Virus record (IMG/VR): IMGVR_UViG_3300037067_011302
Coordinates: 32,001-96,000 of that record
DNA: 64,000 bases
Direction: 5' to 3' (one strand)
Source of the DNA: a virus
Lineage: Duplodnaviria; Caudoviricetes
Positions 10,235 through 19,913 of the stretch are shown piece by piece. The number at the start of each line of letters is the position of its first letter. The stretch's first letter is position 1. The translations under genes were made by a program, and so were the position numbers. A model generated the notes under the pieces. It saw nothing but the letters and a program-made list of their open reading frames with translations, did no database searches and was not told the DNA's origin.

Positions 10235-13200
10235 TCATGAACTCGACTTCGTGATGTCGGCAACTGACGACTGGTACGCACCTGGAAGTGCCGGCTCTCC
10301 TCGTTGTCCTGCGGTGTCGCCGGTCGTCGCAAAGTTCAACCTCTGCCTGATGATCGACGACGACCTCATGATCATGACCTTCTCGACCTGACCGGCGTCC
10401 ATCGTGATGTTGAGGTTCAACTTGATGTTCACGGCCTTGTTCTTGATTGTATACTCCGCCTTGGCACCCAGGCCCAACGACGTTGCAACCTTCTCGAGCT
10501 TCGCCTTGACGTTGAACTTGTTGAGCGTGTCGTCAGACAATGCATCGTCCATTTCGTTGACGACCTTCACCATCTGTTTCACTGCGTTCATTGCCTCCTT
10601 CAACGCGCCAGAATTAATATTACCTATGAGTTGTGCAGAAGACGCTGCAATAGACGTCACAGCATCAGACATGCCAGAAAGTTGGCTAGATACGTTATTC
10701 AAATTTTCCAAATTTTCCAAATTTGATATCGCTGATGACGCACTATCAATTCCTAAGATCGATTCAAACATTGACGTCGTGTCTGCCGTACTGTCTTTCA
10801 TGACATCTGGCATGTCTTTTATGCCTAGACCCAGTCCTTCAACGATTCTTGAACCAATGCGTTGTGACCATTTTGAAGGACTTTGTACTTCATATTCTTG
10901 ACTCATTGCTTCTTTCGACTCTGCTGCGGCCGCTAACATTTTTTCTCTCACGCCAGGCAACACCTCTTCAAATGGAGCTATAACGTTATTGACGACTCCT
11001 TTAAAGAATTTCTTAATATTTTCCCATGAAAAGATCTTTTTTATAGTTTCCCATACTGTCTCAAATGCATTTCCAATTGGCGTGACAACGTAATCATCAA
11101 ACCACTTACACACAGAAGAGAACACATCTTTGATCCACGACCAAGCTTGTACAGCCGCTTCATAACATGCAGTAAAAGCTCTTCCTATTGCTCTACCGGC
11201 TGCCATGAATGCATCTGCAATTTCTTGAGCACCTTGTGCTAATTTTTCATTAATTTTGCTAAATGCTATTTTAAATTCTTCAATAGTTGGTCCTAACTTT
11301 TCTGATAACCAATCAACAGCTTCAGAAAATGCTAATCCTAACATTCTTACAAAGATCTTGATCCCTCTAAACGCATACATTGCGCCTTTGTAGATCAGTC
11401 CAATAAGCTTGAACAAATAACCTAAAATTGGTATGTCGCCTAATTTCTCACAAACTTTTGACATGACTTCATAAAACTTTTCGGTGAACAACAACCCAAG
11501 CTCGACAGCCTTCGTAATCACACGTGGTATGCCTTTGATCGTAAAAACAATCGCGGAAACAAGCACATCAATGATTTTTTCACCCACTGCGACAACGGAA
11601 TCAGAAATTTCGGCTGTATCACCAGTAAAAATAGCTTTTATTGCATTTCCAACTTCTCGCAAAAGGTTGAGCTCTTCACGTAAATACGTACCGAATGATT
11701 CGCTGAATCCGGGTCCAAAGCATTTCTCAAGTTTTTTCAAAACTTTTCCCGCAAACTCAGCCGAAGCAATTGATATTGATTCAATTGTGCTGTCAGGAAG
11801 CAATCCTAATGTCAAAGCGTTAGCAACGCCTCCGACTGATAAGCCAATCGTGCCCTCTGTTTCGCCACACCTCGTTTTCACGCTAGATTCAAACTTATCA
11901 AAGACAGTGTCAATGTTTGTTGACAACGCAATGACGGCGCCTGCAATACCAACGCCTTTACCGAGCGAACTACCTAGAATTTTGCCAAACAATGATGCCG
12001 CTTTAGAGAATGCACCAACAGCACCACCACCAGTAAACAAACCCGTTATAGCGTTAATAATCAGTGGTCCCGCTGTAATAATTGCGCCTATGGCTGCCTG
12101 AATTGCCGCAGGTCCAAACAGAATACCCACAGCCCAAGGAAGTATTTTCTTCAACAACTTACTGACTCTTGGTGATTTGATAAACTCAACGAACTTGTCC
12201 CAAATCTTACGTGCAAGTTCCTCAAGCGGACCCTTCAACCTGTTCCACGCGTACTTCAAAGAGTCGATGAGCGGACCAAAGAACTGCTCGAGGAACCCAA
12301 GCGCACCGGACGCCGCACCACCCACCGCCAACTTCTTCTTGCCAGTGACCAAGTCAGCGATCGCCTGAAGTCCATCGGCGACCTTGTCTGACACCCACCT
12401 GATGATTCCACTGAGTGCCTTGCTGAATTGCAGGCCGAACTCCTTTGCGCCATTCACGATGTTGTCAAATGCACCCTTTTGTTTATTGAAGTACTTGGAA
12501 AACTCACCACGCATACCTTCCATCTTTTCGGCAACTGACTTCTTACCGTCAGAAAGAATAGTGACGCATCCTCCAACCATTTCCTGCATCTTCTTAGGAT
12601 TGAAAAATTCTGCCAACCCGCCGAAGAACGACTTGATGGAAGGCATGTTAGCAAACGCCTTGCCGAGCCTGATGCCCTGCATGTAGACCATGCTCAACGC
12701 CTGCTTGATGCTGAACATGAGCGTCATGAACTCCTTCGACGACTGGATGCCACCAAAGAACCCCTTCACGAACATGTCCCAGAAACTGCCGAGCTGACCT
12801 CCACCCGACATCACCAATCGCTCGATGCTGTCGGCGAGCTTGCTCATCGCCTCTTCCTGCGTCATCTGCTTCTTTGCGGCCGCTTCGCTCTTTCTCTTGA
12901 TCGAATCATACGATGCACCGGCATTCTGCATCGAGAACGCCTGCTTCGCCGTGGCGGCATCCAATCCCGTCGTCTGCGCCACGAGCGCCAGCTGCTGCCT
13001 GCTGAACTTTGATGCGTCAACGCCGGCGGCGCGGAACGACTTTCGTAGTGCTTCGATCTGCTCGGCGGGGTTCTGTGCCTCCATCATCTTGAACGCGTCG
13101 ATCTGCACGCCGAACGTTTGTGACAACTTCGCGGCGTTCTCAGCGGCGGAATCGAACGTCTCGAACGCCGACAATGTGCCGACGATCTTATCGAGCTCGA

Positions 13201-14200
13201 GGCCCAACTTACGCGCGTACACAGACGCCTGAGCAATCTCTTTGACCGTGAGCTGGCCGAAGTGAGCGACGTTCTGCAACGCCTTCGCCATGTCCTTTCC
13301 GATCAACTTCTGGTCAATGTCAAACGCCTTGCCGAGCTCGAGCGTCTGCTTCGTCATGTCGAGGAACACCTTGTTCATCGGCTGACCCATCGTCAACGCA
13401 CGTTGGCCGATCGCACCCATCTGCTCATTGGTGACGCCGAGGCCCTTCTGGAACCCCATGAGTGCGCCGCCATTCTCAACGAACTCATTCTTCAGGACGC
13501 TGAATGTGGCGCCCATTCCCTCGGCGGTCTCACGCACCGCCTTGATGCGATCGTGCATGAATCCAAACACTCTGAACGTGCTGAGGCCGGTCGCCTCGAA
13601 TCCCTTGAACGATTTCGATGTATCGAGGATCGCCTTTGCACCCGCGGTGCGTAGGTTACCGAACGACTTTCTCACGTCCTCAATCGCCTGAGCGAGCTCG
13701 TTCATTCCGCCGCCTGATTGAGCTGCGATGCCGACGAGCTTCTTGAGCATGTGAAGTGGAGCCGCCAGGATCGCGGCGCCGATGTTGAAGATCGACTTCG
13801 CGGCCTGTGCGGTGAAGCCGACGAATCCCTTTCCGAGTGCAGTGACGTTTCGCAGACCCTGCCTGAAGCCGTTCATTGCAGCCGTCGCAACGATGAACGC
13901 TGGATGGACCTTCTTCAGCGTCGTTGCCGATAACTCCGTCATCCTGTTCGACAGTGCCTTGGCGCTGACCGTCGACTTGCCTGCCTCCTGTTGCAGTTCC
14001 TTCAACTTTGACGTGTCAATGTTTCCGAGCTTCTTTGACATCAACTCATCGACCGACTTCACGAGTTCCTTGAGCGAACCCGACTGAACGTCGAACGACT
14101 TCTCAAGTCCCTTCTGCATCGCGAGCATCTGATCCGTCAGAGTGTTCAACTTCGACGTCAACTCGATCTGCATCGTCAAATCTTTTGCTTTCGAGGCCAC
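10235..14200 (-). CDS. Tail tape measure protein
   Basis: 1321 aa, Ala/Gly/Lys-rich helical, spaced aromatic residues, VQSPSKW motif, canonical position. Confidence 0.85.
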   Translation of the reverse strand: MASKAKDLTMQIELTSKLNTLTDQMLAMQKGLEKSFDVQSGSLKELVKSVDELMSKKLGNIDTSKLKELQQEAGKSTVSAKALSNRMTELSATTLKKVHPAFIVATAAMNGFRQGLRNVTALGKGFVGFTAQAAKSIFNIGAAILAAPLHMLKKLVGIAAQSGGGMNELAQAIEDVRKSFGNLRTAGAKAILDTSKSFKGFEATGLSTFRVFGFMHDRIKAVRETAEGMGATFSVLKNEFVENGGALMGFQKGLGVTNEQMGAIGQRALTMGQPMNKVFLDMTKQTLELGKAFDIDQKLIGKDMAKALQNVAHFGQLTVKEIAQASVYARKLGLELDKIVGTLSAFETFDSAAENAAKLSQTFGVQIDAFKMMEAQNPAEQIEALRKSFRAAGVDASKFSRQQLALVAQTTGLDAATAKQAFSMQNAGASYDSIKRKSEAAAKKQMTQEEAMSKLADSIERLVMSGGGQLGSFWDMFVKGFFGGIQSSKEFMTLMFSIKQALSMVYMQGIRLGKAFANMPSIKSFFGGLAEFFNPKKMQEMVGGCVTILSDGKKSVAEKMEGMRGEFSKYFNKQKGAFDNIVNGAKEFGLQFSKALSGIIRWVSDKVADGLQAIADLVTGKKKLAVGGAASGALGFLEQFFGPLIDSLKYAWNRLKGPLEELARKIWDKFVEFIKSPRVSKLLKKILPWAVGILFGPAAIQAAIGAIITAGPLIINAITGLFTGGGAVGAFSKAASLFGKILGSSLGKGVGIAGAVIALSTNIDTVFDKFESSVKTRCGETEGTIGLSVGGVANALTLGLLPDSTIESISIASAEFAGKVLKKLEKCFGPGFSESFGTYLREELNLLREVGNAIKAIFTGDTAEISDSVVAVGEKIIDVLVSAIVFTIKGIPRVITKAVELGLLFTEKFYEVMSKVCEKLGDIPILGYLFKLIGLIYKGAMYAFRGIKIFVRMLGLAFSEAVDWLSEKLGPTIEEFKIAFSKINEKLAQGAQEIADAFMAAGRAIGRAFTACYEAAVQAWSWIKDVFSSVCKWFDDYVVTPIGNAFETVWETIKKIFSWENIKKFFKGVVNNVIAPFEEVLPGVREKMLAAAAESKEAMSQEYEVQSPSKWSQRIGSRIVEGLGLGIKDMPDVMKDSTADTTSMFESILGIDSASSAISNLENLENLNNVSSQLSGMSDAVTSIAASSAQLIGNINSGALKEAMNAVKQMVKVVNEMDDALSDDTLNKFNVKAKLEKVATSLGLGAKAEYTIKNKAVNIKLNLNITMDAGQVEKVMIMRSSSIIRQRLNFATTGDTAGQRGEPALPGAYQSSVADITKSSS

Positions 14201-14242
14201 GACGTAAATAGCGGCGGTGGGCGAGGACGATGCCTCCTACGT

Positions 14243-14515
14243 ATGATCATGTCGACGCAGAAGATGAACCTCTCTCAGGTGATGATGCTACGGGCAATCA
14301 GGTCGTGGATCACAGAGGGAAAGATGCCACTGAAAGTAAGAGGAACGCTGGATGAGGTAAGGATCGTGGGTGAGGTTGCTGAAGCCTCACGCGCACTACA
14401 CCTTGAAGTCAATGGCGATGATGCATCGTTGGTCAAGATCAACGAACTATTGTCGAGGAAATGTGCCGTCGCAAAAGAGTTCGAACGAACGTTTGGGTTC
14501 AAGTACCCATTCTGA
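14243..14515 (+). CDS. Hypothetical protein
   Basis: 90-aa ORF divergent from the tape measure gene. Confidence 0.55.
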   Translation: MIMSTQKMNLSQVMMLRAIRSWITEGKMPLKVRGTLDEVRIVGEVAEASRALHLEVNGDDASLVKINELLSRKCAVAKEFERTFGFKYPF

Positions 14516-15779
14516 TTCTTCTTTTTGCGGTTTCAATAACACGAGAAGACTTATCGTCTCGGAAAGACTCATTATTCATCATTTGTTGAAGATACTTGGG
14601 TTCAATTCTTCTTGCAACCATGTCACGTACATTAATGCTATCATCACTCATCATTTGTGAAAGATGTTGTACATCAATACGTTCTGCGACTATTAATCGT
14701 ACTCGTCCATCCACGTCATTCATCATCTTGATCAGATATGATGGTTCGATACATCTTGCGACCGCAGTACGCACGTCGGGATAAATACTTTTCATCATTC
14801 TTGGAAGATATGATGGATCAACGCGCCAAGCAACGGCGGCACGTACTCCACCATTTTCATCATTCATCATCTCTGGCAGATATTTTTGATCGATCACTCT
14901 AGCGATTAAGACACGAATATCAGCATTATGATGTTGAATGTAACGTGGCGCAATTTTTTTCATTGTGTTACCAGCGTTCTGCACAATTAGTCTAAGCATT
15001 GCGGCGTCATCATCGTACAATTTTAACGCTTGTTCGATCTCTTCTTCAGTCGCTTTTCCCAATTTGATCTTCGCCAACAGGCTCATCTCTCGCTTCGGAG
15101 CGTCCTGCTCAACAATTTTCAACAAATTTCTCAATTTAATGGGAACTTTTTCAAGTAATTTGTCGGTCGCGTCAAAGATGTCAACTCCTTGGACTTCATT
15201 CTTTACATCTCTCTTTGCCGCAAACGCCACCTTGTAGAGCGGATTCGTGTCGGGTAGTGTTTTAGAAAGCGCAAAATAGAACACAACATTTGCGCTCGTG
15301 TACTGTTCAAAGTATGTGTGATCCTTCATCGTGATACACCACTTGGTGCCTGAACCGTACAACTGCGATGCACCTTTGTTCTTCACGTGGACGAGCTCGT
15401 AATCATCATCCTCACCCATCTTCTCAACGCCGGATTCCTTTGTCGCCTTTCGTTCCTGAGTCTTCGTCGGCGAAATTGACTTCAATTCATCTTCAAGTTC
15501 CTTCAACGTCTTGTACGCGTTGATGTCCCTGTTCTTAAACTTAGGACCATTCTTATGGAAGAACTCAACGGTCGGAATCAAATCGTTGACGCTTACACCC
15601 AACGATAATTGCTTTGCACTCCACATCAAGTACTTCTGAGAACCTGAAGGATCTGAAGAAGCCAGCTCATCAATCTCTTTTTCGAGTTCAGGGTACTTTT
15701 TCTTCGCATCAGAAACGCGGTCCTCAAGCAGCAGGACCTCACTGATCAGGCGGCGCAACGTTCCGAGGACGATCTTCAT
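14499..15779 (-). CDS. Repeat-family paralogue 1: conserved N-terminal GxxWCIT domain plus ~6 24-aa LRV/HEAT-like repeats
   Basis: N-terminus nearly identical to 37174..38679 and 54481..55986; repeats MMxDxxxxVRxxVAxRIDxxYL. Confidence 0.85.
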   Translation of the reverse strand: MKIVLGTLRRLISEVLLLEDRVSDAKKKYPELEKEIDELASSDPSGSQKYLMWSAKQLSLGVSVNDLIPTVEFFHKNGPKFKNRDINAYKTLKELEDELKSISPTKTQERKATKESGVEKMGEDDDYELVHVKNKGASQLYGSGTKWCITMKDHTYFEQYTSANVVFYFALSKTLPDTNPLYKVAFAAKRDVKNEVQGVDIFDATDKLLEKVPIKLRNLLKIVEQDAPKREMSLLAKIKLGKATEEEIEQALKLYDDDAAMLRLIVQNAGNTMKKIAPRYIQHHNADIRVLIARVIDQKYLPEMMNDENGGVRAAVAWRVDPSYLPRMMKSIYPDVRTAVARCIEPSYLIKMMNDVDGRVRLIVAERIDVQHLSQMMSDDSINVRDMVARRIEPKYLQQMMNNESFRDDKSSRVIETAKRRIRMGT

Positions 15780-15783
15780 GCCA

Positions 15784-15824
15784 CTAAATAATCAAACGGC
15801 ACGTTAAAACGTGCCGCTCAATCA
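15784..15824 (-). terminator. Hairpin terminator fused to TATTTA late box (copy 1 of an exact 41-bp duplicate)
   Basis: Inverted repeat CGGCACGTT-AA-AACGTGCCG, then TTTGATTATTTAG on the minus strand; identical to 21708..21748. Confidence 0.75.
15785..15790 (-). promoter_or_regulatory. Putative late promoter TAYTTA (representative of 17 copies)
   Basis: Minus strand at 762, 14205, 15785, 20442, 21709, 24849, 27993, 30008, 31241, 37008, 38685, 45371, 46152, 54434, 58010; plus strand at 31709, 54470; all but 21709 lie just upstream of virion, lysis or candidate head genes. Confidence 0.8.
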
Positions 15825-15825
15825 T

Positions 15826-16101
15826 TCAACTGAACCTGCGCAATCTTGACGGTGAGTCTGTCCTCGTATTTCCCAACATCGCTCGCACCTCAGGAGAATT
15901 CTGGTGTAGTGCCCTTGAGTGCGACTCATTGTCCTTGTCGGAATTCCTGCTGAGTTCCTTTGAAATACGGGAGATGAACCACCTCTTGTACTCAACTGGC
16001 AACTCATACGTTTCCTTCCAGGTAAATCCTCCATAATAAATAAGGATGAAGCTGGGTTCGAGGATCAGCTTCTCTTTATCTGCCGACGTTAGGCCAAAGA
16101 A
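15826..16101 (-). CDS. Tail assembly chaperone C-terminal extension (gp51/GT-like), probably reached by a +1 frameshift
   Basis: FFGLT...LIYYGGFTWKETYELPVEYKRWFI; no credible own start; overlaps the end of 16076..16960. Confidence 0.6.
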   Translation of the reverse strand, partial: FFGLTSADKEKLILEPSFILIYYGGFTWKETYELPVEYKRWFISRISKELSRNSDKDNESHSRALHQNSPEVRAMLGNTRTDSPSRLRRFS

Positions 16102-16960
16102 AGGATACGCCGATCGGCATCGACACCTCTTCAACGTGGCCACACGATTCACACGCACACTCCTGCGTCATCATGATTCCTGGCTCGTTGTCCTTGATGT
16201 AGTTACGCAGTGCCAACGAATCACGGGCAGGCATTGACTTCACGAACGTTGCGATCTTGGACCGATCATTGATGCCGTCGATCGATATGATGCTATGAAG
16301 CAATTGCGTGGTCACCACGGCATCGTTCCTCATGCCGAGCTTCTTCTGTCGATCCTTCATGACCATGATCTCTTCTTCATCGGCACCGGTCATGAACTTG
16401 AACGCAACGCGCTTCTTCGTGTACGGAAGCAGGAACATGAACTCATTCACGCCGACGGACGTCGGTTCGAGTTCCAATCGCTTCACGGGAAGTGCAGTGA
16501 GGTCGAACACGTGTTTCGACTTCGCCTCGCACTCAGGACATTCGATCTCAGCGTCGTACTCTGCACCGTATCCCGTGATCCGGATCGCAATCATCAGGGC
16601 ATTCCTGTCGCCGGCGAGCAACGTTGTCGGTTCAACGTTCCTGTTGACGAGGCACGACTTGATGAGCTCAGTGATCACCGTGCCCTTCTTCAAGAGAGCA
16701 CGAGACGTCAGGATGTCCTCCTCCTTTGCCGTCATTGCCTTGATCTCGACCATGTCCTGGCGATGGAACGGGTGGGGCGGTGCGTACGCAACGCCGTTCG
16801 AAGGCAGAGGCACAATTTCAGTCGGAATCTCAAGGCTGAGCTCGTGCCTCTGTGGTTGTGGTTGAGGCTGCACGACGACCTGTCGGGGCACGGGCACGTC
16901 TTCCGTCGAATCAGTTGCAAACACCTTGTTCTTCTGCTCACGTTCGTCCATTGTGTTCAA
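16076..16960 (-). CDS. Baseplate hub assembly / tail chaperone (T4 gp26-like)
   Basis: VPLPSNG, MTAKEEDIL, GDRNALMIAIRITGYG, two CxxC pairs. Confidence 0.85.
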   Translation of the reverse strand: MNTMDEREQKNKVFATDSTEDVPVPRQVVVQPQPQPQRHELSLEIPTEIVPLPSNGVAYAPPHPFHRQDMVEIKAMTAKEEDILTSRALLKKGTVITELIKSCLVNRNVEPTTLLAGDRNALMIAIRITGYGAEYDAEIECPECEAKSKHVFDLTALPVKRLELEPTSVGVNEFMFLLPYTKKRVAFKFMTGADEEEIMVMKDRQKKLGMRNDAVVTTQLLHSIISIDGINDRSKIATFVKSMPARDSLALRNYIKDNEPGIMMTQECACESCGHVEEVSMPIGVSFLWPNVGR

Positions 16961-17136
16961 TTCTCCGCGTCAATTGTCGATTGTAAACCACGGACGATGA
17001 AATGTATGGTCGAGCGTCAAAACGTTGACATGAATTGCTCCACGATTGTCACGAGCACCGCTCGGCCAAGAACCATAGAACCCCTCACTCGGCCGACGAA
17101 TGCCCCTCCTGCCACCGTCTGACGCTCACGAGAGGT

Positions 17137-17433
17137 TCACTTCTTGGCTCGTCTTAGCTCCTGTTCAACGATCACTCGTAGGTCAGTCGCCGACAGCTTC
17201 ACGCTCTCCGACTGACGCACGGCTCCCGGGGACCTCTCACCGACCAATGCATGCGTGACAATGCTCACCTGCTTACGTAGTGGATCAAATGCACTCGCCT
17301 TCTTCAGAGCAGCGATGATGTCCTCGAACGCCTCAGCAGCTGAGTCGGCAATGTTCATGTCCTCAACGTACTCATTTACCGCCTCGAGCTCTTCCTTGAT
17401 GATCCGTTTGAGATCGTTGTTCGAAATTTTCAT
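17137..17433 (-). CDS. Small protein with two capsid-targeting-like motifs
   Basis: MKISNNDLKRIIKEEL and VKLSATDLRVIVEQEL. Confidence 0.65.
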   Translation of the reverse strand: MKISNNDLKRIIKEELEAVNEYVEDMNIADSAAEAFEDIIAALKKASAFDPLRKQVSIVTHALVGERSPGAVRQSESVKLSATDLRVIVEQELRRAKK

Positions 17434-17489
17434 CTTGCCTCGTAGACAAATATGTTGATCAACAACTCTCTAAGCGAGAAACGTTCGAT

Positions 17490-17780
17490 TCAAATGACGG
17501 GAGCGTCACTGTAAAAGATCAGCGACGACGGGATGGGCATCGGTTGGACGTCGATCACACCCTTCAGGTACGATGCTGAAAGAAGTCGACCCACTGTTCG
17601 CCACAACGCGTGTTCATTTGCCCACACGATCGTGATGATCGACTGTCCTCCTTCGTCGAACACAGAAACGACGGTGCCAACGCCTCCTAAACAACGTGCA
17701 ATTGCACCGGGCACAAAATTGCCGTCGACCTCAATGCCGTTCCAACGAAGGTCATCATGCGTGTAACTTTTGATGATCAT
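17490..17780 (-). CDS. SH3-like small protein ending in an MCP fragment (QPM / Gol-equivalent region)
   Basis: C-terminal QPMPIPSSLIFYSD versus MCP QPMSLPSGLIFYLD (10/14 identical). Confidence 0.75.
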   Translation of the reverse strand: MIIKSYTHDDLRWNGIEVDGNFVPGAIARCLGGVGTVVSVFDEGGQSIITIVWANEHALWRTVGRLLSASYLKGVIDVQPMPIPSSLIFYSDAPVI

Positions 17781-18031
17781 GCGTATCCCTGGTTCTTAAG
17801 CGCCCTCAAGATGTCACGATCGATCTCTTCTGCAAGTTGGCGTGTAAGTTCGTCAATGAGTGGTTGTCTGTAGTCAAAGGGATTCGTCGCCCACACGATC
17901 GTCATGCGCTCGTCCTGAATTGAGACGACGACACCGCACGACCTATTGACGTGCACGATCGATCCGGCAATGATCGGCTGTTCAACCTCGATGTCTCCTA
18001 GCGCACCGGTGAAGTAACTTTCAACGAACAT
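17777..18031 (-). CDS. SH3-like small protein ending in an MCP fragment (EIDREIL helix)
   Basis: LIDELTRQLAEEIDRDILRAL versus MCP LTSILSEQIALEIDREILNDL (11/21 identical); paralogous N-terminus with 17490..17780. Confidence 0.75.
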   Translation of the reverse strand: MFVESYFTGALGDIEVEQPIIAGSIVHVNRSCGVVVSIQDERMTIVWATNPFDYRQPLIDELTRQLAEEIDRDILRALKNQGYA

Positions 18032-18252
18032 AACAACACTCTATCACCGGACGAGCGTCGTTCATCATAGCACATGCACGATTCAGCTGCGCCCCTGTGG
18101 GGGTCAATTTTATTGTCCGTGATCGAACACCAGTCTGTCCGACGACACTTGTCGAAGACGCGCTCTGTCTTGGTGATGCAGTGCTTGCAGTTCCTACAAC
18201 GTTTGACCTTCGACGATTGTTCGGGAGTGATCATGGATTGAACGTACAACAT
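17998..18252 (-). CDS. Small Cys-rich protein; likely start 18234
   Basis: CRNCKHC...WC...C.CY pattern. Confidence 0.55.
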   Translation of the reverse strand: MLYVQSMITPEQSSKVKRCRNCKHCITKTERVFDKCRRTDWCSITDNKIDPHRGAAESCMCYDERRSSGDRVLLCSLKVTSPVR

Positions 18253-18272
18253 GGTGAGGTGTAGTTTTTTAT

Positions 18273-19910
18273 GTGTCGTCTATTGCCAGAATTACGTGTC
18301 CTCGATGTGAAGCGTCATTTGGACAGGAAAAACGATTCATTGAACACCTAAAAATCGTTCATGAAATTGATGACGTCCTTGAATTTTATGTCAACACATT
18401 TCACAACGGAATACACCCAACATGTTCCTGCTGTGACGACTGCAAAGAACGTCTGTCGTGGTGTAGTTGGAAAAAAGGATTCACATCGAAGTACATTCGA
18501 GGGCACAATGCACGAGTGTACAACGTATATGCGGATCCTTCTTATCGTGATAAACTCGCCGAATCAAGACGAAAGGCGATAGAAGAAGGAAGGTTTACTT
18601 CATGGAACAAAGGTCTCACGAAGGAAACCAACGAGAAAGTTGCATCTGCGTCTAAGAAAGCTGGTGTTACGCTACATGAACGTTATGTAACGGGTTCACT
18701 CATCAATTGGCGTATATCAGATCCAGACAAGGGGGCTGAGGCTGCACACAAATCATCGCTCACAAAACGTGCACAATTTGCTTCTGGCGAACTATCTGGT
18801 TCGTGGAATAAGGGTCTCACGAAGGAAACAAGCGTTGCTTTGATGAAGATTGGTAGAAATATTTCAAAGAGTTACGATCGTCGTGAAATAAAGCAACGTT
18901 TCAGTATAGAAGAATTTGATGCACAGATTGCTGCACACTCTGACAAATTCGAACTGATCACAGATCCATTGTTATATAGAAGTAGTAAACGAACGATCCT
19001 TGAATTCAAGTGCAAAAATTGTGGAGCAACACAATTCAAGACACTTGTAAAATTGAACAATACGCCGAGGTGCTTTGAGTGCATGCCAAAAGCGTCAATT
19101 GCACAAATTGAAATTTTTGAGTTTGTCGAATCACTTGGATTCAACACGATTCTAAATGACAGAAAAACAATTTCACCGTTAGAGTTAGACGTGTATGTCC
19201 CATCTTCATCATTCGCCATTGAATTTAATGGGCTCTATTGGCACAGTCGACCACCTCTGAATGATGAATTTAGAATGCAGAAAAAATTGAATACATGCAA
19301 AAAAGTTGGAATTGACTTGTTAAACGTATTTGAAGATGAGTGGGAACATCATCAAGAAATCATTGAATCACTCATCGCCACTAGACTTCACATCTACAGG
19401 AGAACTTTCAGTGCTAAAGAACTGAACGTTGTCATTTTGAACACTAACGACGCAAAATCGTTCTTTGACGAAAATCATCTCGAATGCTACGTCCCAACAA
19501 CTATCACATTTGCTCTACAAACAATTGATGGTGAAATAGTTGCTGCGATGTCATTGAAAAGACTATTTCACAAAGAAATCAATGCATCTGTCGAAATTGC
19601 CAGAGCTTGTTCATCGATGAATTGTCATGTCTTTGATTGGGTAGAACGTTTGTCAGAGGCGTCACTAAATTGGTCTCAACAAACGTATGGAATCGATCGA
19701 TTGACGATATTCATCGATGAACGCATTGATGATGTGAAACAATTTTCACCTTGTTGGACACAGATAGGTGCTGAACAAACACCTAGATCATGGATCACCA
19801 ACAACAAATCAAGATTAGAACCACTCGACGAAAATTATTTGTCGAAACACGACAAAAAGATTTTTGGATGTGTTAGAACGAAGTGGTCTTATCCAAGATT
19901 TAATTCCTAG
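18273..19910 (+). mobile_element. Free-standing homing-type endonuclease (C2H2 + Cys module, WNKGLTKET repeats, DUF559/Vsr-like nuclease)
   Basis: CPRC..HL..H, two WNKGLTKET, ELDVYVP..FAIEFNGLYWH, VFEDEW; AT-rich; antisense to the tail operon. Confidence 0.8.
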
Positions 19911-19913
19911 ATT

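Noticed and set aside
16961-17136. tRNA or ncRNA in intergenic gaps (also 24831-24941)
   Set aside because: No cloverleaf or convincing conserved structure recognised by eye; needs tRNAscan-SE or Infernal.
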